NCBI GenBank assembly: GCA_963834375.1
Contig: CAWIBM010000001.1
Span: 453,864 to 517,863, forward strand
Direction: 5' to 3'
Length of the DNA stretch: 64,000 nucleotides
Source: an uncultured Acidimicrobiia bacterium
GTDB lineage: Bacteria; Actinomycetota; Acidimicrobiia; Spongiisociales; UBA5794
Shown: in pieces, positions 57,046 to 64,000 of the stretch
Layout: each line of letters begins with the position of its first letter
Numbering within the stretch: position 1 is the stretch's first letter
Program-made: the position numbers and the translations under genes
The notes under the pieces: model-generated
The model's database searches: none
What the model saw: the letters and a program-made list of their open reading frames with translations, nothing else
What the model was told of the DNA's origin: nothing

Positions 57046-57206
57046 AGTGACTCAGGCGCGGCAGTGTGCTTGGCTGGAGGCCGCGGCGGCGGGCGGTGGC
57101 CCGCCAACCTGAGCCGATCGACCGATCGTCCTCGAACCCGGCGACGGTTACGCTGCGACGGGCGCCAAGGCGCATATTCCGGTACGCCGGAGGGGGGCAG
57201 AGACAA

Positions 57207-60200
57207 GTGAAGTTCCGAATCGCCGCGGGGATCGTCCTCGCCGGCATCCTGCTCGTCGGGGCGTACCTGGGTGGTGTCGTCCTCGAAGGCTCGGCCGGCG
57301 GGGGTTGGTCCCACCAGGCGGGCGAGGGGTTCGACGCCGAGCGCGTCATGGTGCGCACGTTCGAGCTGGGCGTACCCAACCTCCTCCTGCTCGTCGACCC
57401 GGTCACCGGCGAGCTCGACGATCCTGAAGTGGCCGCAGCCGTCGCCGCCATGTCCGAGGATCTCGCCTCGTACACGGGCATCACCCAGCTCGAGTCGTAC
57501 TGGAGCCTCGGCGGGCCGGAAACGTATGCCAGCGATGACGGGAGCCTCGGGCTGGTCACCGCCAGGATCGGCGGGTCGGAGGGCGGGCTGGCCGGCCGTG
57601 CCGACACGGTGTTGTCCAGCATCGACTACGACGACTCGGTCATCGACGTGAGCGCCGGCGGCTCAGCAGTGGTGCAGCGGGATGCGCGCGAGGAGACGCT
57701 GGGCTCGGTGATCCCGCTGGGCGTCGCCTTCCTGCTCGCCATCGGGCTGGTCCTGCTGTTCCTGCGTAACGTGCTCGCCACCGGCTTCGTCGCGCTGACG
57801 TCGGCGGTGGCCGTCTCCATCTCGCTCATAGCACTGTGGGGGCTGGAGCGGCTGGTCACCGTCACCACGACGGCGGTGCTGATCGCAGTGGCGATGGCGT
57901 GGGGCTGCGCCACCGCCGGAGGATTCGTGTTCGGCCATCGGTTCGTCGCCGAACGGCGTGCCGGCGCCGGCCGCCCCGCCGCCGTGGTCGCCACCGTGGG
58001 CACTGCCGGGCGCACGGTGGCGATCGCCAGTGCCGTGGTCGCCGCCGTGGTCTTCACCCTGTGGCTGATGCCGACGGCGATCATGAGGTCGACGGCCTAC
58101 GCCTCCACGATCGCCGTGCTGGCGGCCGGCCTGGCCAGCGTGCTCGTGCTCGGCTTCCTGCTCTCGCTGTTCGGGGCGGGCATGGCCACCGGCGACGGAT
58201 TGCGCCAGCCCGCCGCCCGACCCGGCCTCGGCGATCGGGTGACTGCCATCGCCTCCAGATGGCCCGTCGTCACCGTTGGCTTGGCGATCCTCGTCTTCGG
58301 GGGTGTGTCGCTCGTCGCCCTCGTCGGCCTCAATACCGGCGAGACCACCGCCGAGTCGCTCCCGACCTCGGCGGCGAGTCGACAAGTGGCGGGGACGTTC
58401 GCCGAAGAGTTCGCCGTCGACGAGGTCGATGGCCCCTTCGTCATCGGTCCCAACATCGAGTTCGGTGATGCCCCCGCCCAGCTGGCGGAGTACACGTCGA
58501 GCCTCTCGTCGATCGGCGACGTGGCCAGGACAGACTCGGCTCAGGGCAGCTACGCCGCCGGCGTCGCCGTCGACACCCCGGAGCCGCTCACCGCACGCCT
58601 CGCCAGCGACCGGGCCAACCTCGTCAGGGCCCCGCTCTCGGTGCCGGCCGACTCGACAGAGGCGCAGGCCACTCTCGAGGAGATGGCGGAGGTGGCAGCG
58701 CCCTTCCGCGCCGACATCGGCGGGACCACGGTCCGCCACATGGCCACGGCCGCAGCCGTGGATGCCAGGGCGCCGTTCCTCGTTGCGGGTGCCGTGCTCG
58801 CCATCCTGCTGCTCGTCGCCTGGTTGCTCCATGGATGGCGGATGTCGCTTCGCCTCGCCGTTGCCGCCGTGCTGTCCGCATCGGGGTCGGTGCTGGTGGT
58901 GCGCCTGGGGTTCGTCGACGGCCTGCTCACCGATTTGCTCGGCTCCTCCCAGGTGGGCACGCTCGACGCCTTCGCCGCCCCGATGGCGTGGACGGTCGGG
59001 CTGGCGCTCGTCGCCGGCTGGTTGGTCCTCGGCTGGGGCTCGGCGCGCGAGGCGTTCGATGTCAGCGGTGGCTCCTCTGGTGCGGTGATCCGGTCACTCT
59101 CAGCCACCCGGCGCACCCACCTCGCCACCGGGGTGTTGCTCTGGCTGCCGTTCCTGGCACTGGCGGTCAACGGCTGGCGTACCCAGCAGATGATCGCCAC
59201 CGCAGTCCTCGGCGCCGGGCTCCTCGCGGTCACGGTGGGCAGCTTCGTTGTCGTCCCGGCGCTGTTCGCCCTCGCCCCCGGGCGGATGTGGCCACGCCGG
59301 GTCGACGGCAGTGTTGACACGGTCTACCCCGAGACGGCAGCAGCGGCCTGGCTCGTCGGGGCGGTGCCGCAGGTGATCCCGTCGGACGCACCGTTGCCGG
59401 CGACGGCTCCCGAACGAGCCACGGCGTCGCCTGCGCCGGTCGAGCCGACGGTCGATGTCGCAACACCGGTCGCCGTCGCAGCCGTCGTCGATACCGAGGT
59501 CGCCAATCCTGCCGAGCCCGAGGCCGATGCATCGTCCGATGACGTCTCGGTGCGGCGCCGCCGGCGGGCTCGCTGGCGGCGGACCTCCGCCACCGGGGCC
59601 ATCGTGACCGCCACCGAGGCTGACCAGGCGATTCCCGATGCGTCAGACCTCGATGCTGTCCCCGGCGATGTCCCCGATGTTGTGCCGGATGATGTCCCAG
59701 ACGATGTGCCGGATGATGTCCCAGATGTTGTGCCCGGTGATGTCCCCGATGATGTGATTGTCGGCGAGGCGGTCGCACCCATGGAGCCGGCGGATGCGGA
59801 TCTCCCGTCTCCCGAAGCCGCAGTCGAGCCGGAGCCCGAGCCCGCCGTCTCGAGCGAGGAGCCGGCCGAACCGGCCGTGGAGCCGGATTCCGAGCTGCCG
59901 GTCGAGGCGGCAGTGGAGCCGGACACCGAGCCGGCCCCCGAGGTGGTGGCCGAAGCCGCCGACGACGAAGTCGAGCCGGTCGAGGCCGTGGAGGATCTGC
60001 CTGAGGGGGCCGAGCCGGTCGCCGAAGCCGTGGTCGACGAAGTCGAGCCGGTCGAGGCCGTGGAGGATCTGCCTGAGGGGGCCGAGCCGGTCGCCGAAGC
60101 CGTGGTCGACGAAGTCGAGCCGGTCGAGGCCGTGGAGGAACTTCTCGAGGAGACCGAGCAGATCGCCGCCGTCGAGGTCGAGGTGCCGGCCAAGGTCACC

Positions 60201-60578
60201 CGTCCCCTCGCCGCCGTCGACGTCATCAGCCTCACCGAGTCGGTGATCGCCTCCATCGAAGCCGACGTACCGTTCACCACCGAGATCGGCTCGGGGTACG
60301 TGGCCAACCCTTCGAACAACCTGTCCCGGGTGATGGAGGCGATCCTGAGGGATGCCTCCCGACGAGGCGGCGACGAGGTCCTCGTCTACGGCCACGCCGC
60401 CGCCGGTCGCTACCGGTGGATGGTGGTCGACTCCGGCCCTCGGGCCGACCACGACCCCGAGAGGGCGAGGACGCTGGCGGAGGCCCAGCGCTTCATCCGC
60501 CGGGTCGGCGGCGTCGTGGAGTGCCGGCCCGAAGGCGACTTCACCGTCTTCGTGGTCGAGATCCCTATGGCGAGCTGA
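57207..60578 (+). CDS. MMPL/RND-superfamily transporter fused, via a long acidic repeat linker, to a C-terminal degenerate histidine-kinase-like ATPase (HATPase_c-like) domain
   Basis: GTG at 57207 follows a ggagggggg SD. 1,123 aa, intact. Topology is TM1, a ~190-aa loop, TM2-6, TM7, a ~180-aa loop, TM8-12 (MMPL pattern). Next come about 260 aa of D/E/P/V repeats. The last ~130 aa read NLSRVMEAILRDASRRGGDEVLVYGH...YRWMVVDSGPRAD...AQRFIRRVGGVVECRPEGDFTVFVVEIP. Confidence 0.7.
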   Translation: MKFRIAAGIVLAGILLVGAYLGGVVLEGSAGGGWSHQAGEGFDAERVMVRTFELGVPNLLLLVDPVTGELDDPEVAAAVAAMSEDLASYTGITQLESYWSLGGPETYASDDGSLGLVTARIGGSEGGLAGRADTVLSSIDYDDSVIDVSAGGSAVVQRDAREETLGSVIPLGVAFLLAIGLVLLFLRNVLATGFVALTSAVAVSISLIALWGLERLVTVTTTAVLIAVAMAWGCATAGGFVFGHRFVAERRAGAGRPAAVVATVGTAGRTVAIASAVVAAVVFTLWLMPTAIMRSTAYASTIAVLAAGLASVLVLGFLLSLFGAGMATGDGLRQPAARPGLGDRVTAIASRWPVVTVGLAILVFGGVSLVALVGLNTGETTAESLPTSAASRQVAGTFAEEFAVDEVDGPFVIGPNIEFGDAPAQLAEYTSSLSSIGDVARTDSAQGSYAAGVAVDTPEPLTARLASDRANLVRAPLSVPADSTEAQATLEEMAEVAAPFRADIGGTTVRHMATAAAVDARAPFLVAGAVLAILLLVAWLLHGWRMSLRLAVAAVLSASGSVLVVRLGFVDGLLTDLLGSSQVGTLDAFAAPMAWTVGLALVAGWLVLGWGSAREAFDVSGGSSGAVIRSLSATRRTHLATGVLLWLPFLALAVNGWRTQQMIATAVLGAGLLAVTVGSFVVVPALFALAPGRMWPRRVDGSVDTVYPETAAAAWLVGAVPQVIPSDAPLPATAPERATASPAPVEPTVDVATPVAVAAVVDTEVANPAEPEADASSDDVSVRRRRRARWRRTSATGAIVTATEADQAIPDASDLDAVPGDVPDVVPDDVPDDVPDDVPDVVPGDVPDDVIVGEAVAPMEPADADLPSPEAAVEPEPEPAVSSEEPAEPAVEPDSELPVEAAVEPDTEPAPEVVAEAADDEVEPVEAVEDLPEGAEPVAEAVVDEVEPVEAVEDLPEGAEPVAEAVVDEVEPVEAVEELLEETEQIAAVEVEVPAKVTRPLAAVDVISLTESVIASIEADVPFTTEIGSGYVANPSNNLSRVMEAILRDASRRGGDEVLVYGHAAAGRYRWMVVDSGPRADHDPERARTLAEAQRFIRRVGGVVECRPEGDFTVFVVEIPMAS
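59655..59755. repeat. 12-bp in-frame microrepeat encoding (D/V)VPD units
   Basis: gatgtccccgatgttgtgccggatgatgtcccagacgatgtgccggatgatgtcccagatgttgtgcccggtgatgtccccgatgatgtg encodes DVPDVVPDDVPDDVPDDVPDVVPGDVPDDV. Confidence 0.9.
59964..60140. repeat. 72-bp perfect tandem repeat (2 full units plus a partial third) inside the MMPL linker
   Basis: The unit gacgaagtcgagccggtcgaggccgtggaggatctgcctgagggggccgagccggtcgccgaagccgtggtc starts at 59964, 60036 and 60108. It encodes DEVEPVEAVEDLPEGAEPVAEAVV. Confidence 0.95.
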
Positions 60579-60634
60579 TCCGAGCGCCCTGACGGCGGCT
60601 TGACCGGCGGGGCGCCCCAGGCGAGTCTGCACCC

Positions 60635-61648
60635 GTGAAGTTCGCCTGGCTGTGCAGCCACGAGTCGTATCAACCAGAGGTCCTGGTCGATCAGGCGGTG
60701 CTCGCCGAGCAGGTCGGGTTCGACGTCGTGCTCGGCTCCGACCACTTCCATCCCTGGGTCGACGACGTCTCCGCCGCCGGATTCGTGTGGAGCTGGCTGG
60801 GGGCGGCGGCGATGCGCACCGAGCGGGTGGAGTTCGCCACCAGCGTGACCTGCCCGCTGTTCCACTACCACCCGGCGCTGGTCGCCCAAGCGGCGGCCAC
60901 GGTCGACCGGCTCAGCGGCGGCCGGTTCATGCTCGGCGTGGGCACCGGGGAGAACATCAACGAGGGCCCCATGGGGTTCGCCTTCCCCGGGTACACCGAG
61001 CGGATCGCCAGGATGGAGGAGGCGCTCGACATCATCCACCGGCTCCTCGCCGGGGAGAAGGTCGACCATGACGGCCGCTACTACACCGTCGACAAGGCCA
61101 AGCTCTACAGCCCCCCGATGGGGCGGGTGCCGGTGCTGATGGCAGCGGGCGGCCCCAAGTCGGCGGCGTTCGCCGGCGCCAACGCCGAGGGGCTCATCAG
61201 CAGCGTGAAGGACCCGGCCGAGACCGTTGCCACGGTGATCGAGCCGTTCCGCCGGGCACGGGAGTCCGCCCCTGAGCATCCGCAAAGTGGCTCCGGGATC
61301 GTGCTCGCCACCCGATGGGTGGTGGCCGCCACCGACGCCGACGAGGCGTGGGAGGCATTGGGGAGCATGCGCGGGCTACGGGCCCCGGGCCGCCTCGACG
61401 CCGTCGACCCGATGGAGCTGCGGGTGCGCGCCGATGAGATGGACCGGGCCGACATCCTCGATCGCTACACCGTCGTGTCCGACCCCGGACAGCTGATCGA
61501 CGCCTACGTTCCGCTGGTCACCGACGTCGGCGCAGACATCGTCGCCATCCAGGTGGCGTCGGTCGATCCCGATGCCACCTTGCGGATGCTCGGCGCCGAG
61601 GTCCTGCCCGAGCTTCGCCGCCTCGACCAGGCCGGGGCGCGCCGGTGA
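60635..61648 (+). CDS. Luciferase-like (LLM class) F420-dependent oxidoreductase
   Basis: 337-aa intact ORF: KFAWLCSHESYQPEVLVDQAVLAEQVGFD.V.GSDHFHPW...RFMLGVGTGENINE...GRVPVLMAAGGPKSA. This pattern is what I recall for the F420-dependent G6PD-related LLM subgroup. Confidence 0.7.
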   Translation: MKFAWLCSHESYQPEVLVDQAVLAEQVGFDVVLGSDHFHPWVDDVSAAGFVWSWLGAAAMRTERVEFATSVTCPLFHYHPALVAQAAATVDRLSGGRFMLGVGTGENINEGPMGFAFPGYTERIARMEEALDIIHRLLAGEKVDHDGRYYTVDKAKLYSPPMGRVPVLMAAGGPKSAAFAGANAEGLISSVKDPAETVATVIEPFRRARESAPEHPQSGSGIVLATRWVVAATDADEAWEALGSMRGLRAPGRLDAVDPMELRVRADEMDRADILDRYTVVSDPGQLIDAYVPLVTDVGADIVAIQVASVDPDATLRMLGAEVLPELRRLDQAGARR

Positions 61649-61702
61649 TGGCGGGCTCGGCTTCGACGCGCACCTAACCTCCCGCCACCCAGCCTGGAGG
61701 CG

Positions 61703-62875
61703 GTGCCTGACAGCGGATCGAACCGGTCTCGGGGTCGGCGAGGTCGCCACCCGGTTCTTCACCTTCGGCTCGGCGGCTGACCCGTTCTCATTGGCGGCTG
61801 GAGGGTCGCTCGACGAGGTGACGCTGGCCTACGAGACGTACGGCGCCCTCGACGCCGACGGCTCCAACGCCATCCTGCTGTTCCACGCCCTGAGCGGGAG
61901 CCAGCACGCCGCCGGCGTCAACCGGGACGTGCCCGGGCTCGGAACCCGGTGGACCGAGGAGATGCACCTCGGCTGGTGGGACGGGCTGATCGGCCCGGGG
62001 CGGTCCATCGACACCGATCGGTGGTTCGTGGTCTGCGCCAACTACCTGGGTGGCTGCTACGGATCGAGCGGGCCGCCGTCTGCCGACCCCGCCACCGGGC
62101 GGCCCTATGGCCCGAGCTTCCCGGCGGTCGGCTTCTGCGACATGGTCGAGGCCGACCTGCGACTGCTCGACCACCTCGGTGTCGGGCGGCTCCACGCGAC
62201 CATGGGAGGGTCGACCGGGGGGCTGATGGCCCTCTCGCTGGCCACCCGCCATCCCGACCGCGTCGGCCTGGTCATCCCGGTGGCCGCCGGGCTCGGGGTC
62301 ACCTCGCTGCAGGTGGTCCACAACTTCGAGCAGATCACCGCGATCACGTCCGACCCGGCCTTCGCCGGGGGGGAGTACGGGGCCGAACCGCCCGCAGCGG
62401 GCCTCGCCCTCGCCCGGATGATCGGGCACAAGACGTTCGTGTCGCTGTCGGCGATGCGGACCCGCGCCCGTGAGGAGATCGTCGAGGGCGCGGTCCACGG
62501 CTACCGCCTGAAGCACCCCCTGGAGTCGTACATGCGACATCAGGGCACCAAGTTCGTCGACCGCTTCGACGCCAACTCGTACCTGCGGATCATGGAGGCA
62601 TGGCAATCGGTCGACCTCCTCGCCGAGGCCGGGGTCGACGACTGGGACACGCTGTTCGGGCGGTGCCGGCGACAGCGGTGGGTGCAGTTCTCCATCGACT
62701 CGGACGTGTGCTTCTACCCGGAGGAACAGGTCGCCCTCGCCGCCGCGCTGTCCGCCGCCGGGGTCCCCAACCGGCGTCATCGAGGTCGCCTCGGACAGAG
62801 GGCCACGACGCCTTCCTGGTCGAGACGGATCGGCTCGCCGATGGGCTGCGCGCCACGCTCGAGGGTGAGTGGTGA
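61703..62875 (+). CDS. metX: Homoserine O-acetyltransferase (MetX); one frame change near 62775, 5' end uncertain
   Basis: FTFGSAADPFSLAAGGSLDEVTLAYETYGALDADGSNAILLFHALSGSQHAAG...WWDGLIGPG...FVVCANYLGGCYGSSGP...GGSTGGLMAL (nucleophile)...FSIDSDVCFYPEE. The tail VIEVASDRGHDAFLVETDRLADGLRATLEGEW is in the frame of ORF 62600..62875. No canonical in-frame start lies between 61649 and the conserved core; the GTG at 61703 works only with another frame correction. Confidence 0.8.
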
Positions 62876-63687
62876 CCAGATCGGTGACCGGCGATCGGCG
62901 CCGCTGGGGATGTTCGACTCGGGTGTGGGAGGCCTGTCCGTCCTCGCCGGCGTGCGGGAGCTCGTCCCGGAAGAACGGGTGTTGTACGTGGCCGACCAGG
63001 CCTGGGCGCCGTACGGCGAACGGAGCCTCATCGAGGTCAGGGAGCGGAGCTTCGCCGTGGTGCGGCGCCTCGTCGACCTCGGCGCCAAGGCCGTCGTCGT
63101 GGCCTGCAACACGGCGTCGGCGGCGGCGCTGCACGAGCTGCGACGCGCCATGCCCGACGTCCCGTTCATCGGGATGGAGCCGGCGGTGAAGCCCGCCGCC
63201 GCGCAGACGCAAGGGGGCGTGATCGGCGTCCTGGCCACGTCGGCGACGTTCCAGGGCGAGCTGTACGCCTCGGTGGTCGACCGGCACGCCGCCGGCGTCG
63301 AGGTGGTCGAACGGGTGGGGCGGGGGCTGGTCGAGCTGGTCGAGGCGCGTCGCCTCGACGATCCCGCCGTCGAGGCCGGTGTCGCCACCCACCTGGCACC
63401 GCTGGTCGACGCCGGGGTCGACACGCTCGTCCTCGGTTGCACCCACTACTCGTTCCTCGCCGGGATCATGCGGCGGCACCTCGGGGCCGACGGTCACGGT
63501 GATCGACCCGGCGCCGGCGGTGGCCCGGCAGGTGGTCAGGGTGCTGGACGAAGGCGACCTGCGGGCACCGCCGGGCGACGGTGGCGTGGTGTACCTCACC
63601 AGCGGCGACCCGATCCGGCTGGCGGACCAGGTGGAGCGCCTCCTCGACGACCCGAGCCCGGACACCGGCCGCTTCGAAATCCTGTGA
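62865..63687 (+). CDS. murI: Glutamate racemase MurI; one frame change near 63490
   Basis: The GTG at 62865 overlaps the metX end. PLGMFDSGVGGLSVL...VVVACNTASAAAL...FIGMEPAVKPAA...GVLATSATF...LVLGCTHYSFL. The tail VTVIDPAPAVARQVVRVL...TGRFEIL is in ORF 63379..63687. Confidence 0.9.
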
Positions 63688-63738
63688 TGCCCGCTCATGG
63701 TGACGTATCATGGCGGTCATCGACGTTGAGAGGCGGCC

Positions 63739-63984
63739 ATGGAGCGGACCGAACAGTACCCACCGGTGCTCGACACCGAGATGGTGGCCGAGTTGCTTGG
63801 CATGAACGTCCAGGTGGTGCGCCGGCTGGCCCGGGAGGGCCAGATCCCCTCGTACCGACTACCCGAGGGCCGGACCTACCGGTTCTTCCGCGACGAGGTC
63901 CTCGAGTGGTTGCGGGGATTCCCGGTACACCCCGACACCGCCGTCGACGGCGGCGTGCCGGTGTCGGTCGAGGACGAGGCCTGA
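63739..63984 (+). CDS. Excisionase-type / MerR-like helix-turn-helix DNA-binding protein
   Basis: 81-aa ORF: LDTEMVAELLGMNVQVVRRLAREGQIPSYRLPEGRTYRFFRDEVLEWL (HTH_17-like pattern). Confidence 0.7.
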   Translation: MERTEQYPPVLDTEMVAELLGMNVQVVRRLAREGQIPSYRLPEGRTYRFFRDEVLEWLRGFPVHPDTAVDGGVPVSVEDEA

Positions 63985-64000
63985 GCCGCGACGGATGACC

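Noticed and set aside
59655-60140. Tandem repeats that might suggest a CRISPR array. The same question applies to 29527-29598.
   Set aside because: The units abut directly with no unique spacers, are in frame within intact ORFs, and encode acidic or Pro-rich peptide repeats. No cas genes are present.
61649-61710. A possible SAM riboswitch in front of metX.
   Set aside because: The gap is only ~55 nt, and I see none of the conserved SAM-I or SAM-IV helices or junction motifs. The difficulty with the metX start is better explained by another frame error.
1-64000. A search of all intergenic gaps longer than 40 nt for tRNA, rRNA, tmRNA, IS ends or integrase genes.
   Set aside because: I saw no cloverleaf-compatible sequence, no rRNA-like conserved block and no transposase or integrase motifs in any frame. 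This was a reading by eye, so a tRNAscan/Infernal run should confirm it.

Overview
This is a very GC-rich, tightly packed chromosomal segment of actinobacterial type. The taxon is inferred from gene content: an F420-type LLM oxidoreductase, an MMPL transporter, an ECF sigma factor and WXG100 genes. I can support about 50 protein genes. I recognised no rRNA, tRNA, CRISPR array, IS element or prophage.

Gene content, left to right:
- A MacB-type ABC ATPase, a peptidoglycan-binding HlyD-like adaptor and a lipoprotein.
- Two secreted proteins (a tandem SGNH-like protein and a sulfatase) that share a ~540-bp near-identical Ig/PKD 3' module.
- An FKBP lipoprotein and a membrane sulfatase-like transferase.
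- A heterodimeric ABC exporter.
- A DUF2332 / alpha-beta hydrolase / class V aminotransferase operon.
- An ECF sigma factor coupled to an Ogt + Ada-zinc fusion protein.
- DUF885, then a GGCT / SerA-like / DUF1015 operon.
- A 7-gene peptide-type ABC uptake operon that ends in a class IV aminotransferase and a sulfotransferase-like gene.
- A signalling island with an FtsX permease, three response regulators (one fused to an adenylate cyclase), a polytopic GAF histidine kinase and an orphan ABC ATPase.
- A heavily frame-disrupted block: CocE/NonD peptidase, sarcosine-oxidase-like FAD enzyme, BHMT-like methyltransferase, MacB-type permease, FdhD, MsiK-like ATPase and a GH13 glucosidase.
- A compact type VII-like secretion module.
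- A nitroreductase, an MMPL transporter fused to a histidine-kinase-like ATPase domain, an F420-type LLM oxidoreductase, MetX, MurI and an excisionase-type HTH gene at the right edge.

Best candidate for something new: the stripped-down T7SS-like module at 51.2-56.3 kb. It has two WXG100-type genes and one giant FtsK/SpoIIIE ATPase whose N-terminus carries beta-grasp-like and FHA-like segments, with no other ESX/Ess parts nearby. Other observations worth follow-up are the MMPL-HATPase fusion, the ECF sigma / Ogt-Ada pair, and a dispersed palindromic repeat family.

Major caveat: roughly 50 single-base frame changes interrupt about 19 genes, including murI and metX, and they are concentrated at 39.7-51.1 kb. 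This looks more like assembly indels than real decay, but only read-level data can decide. All family calls rest on motifs I read in the translations. No database search was run.
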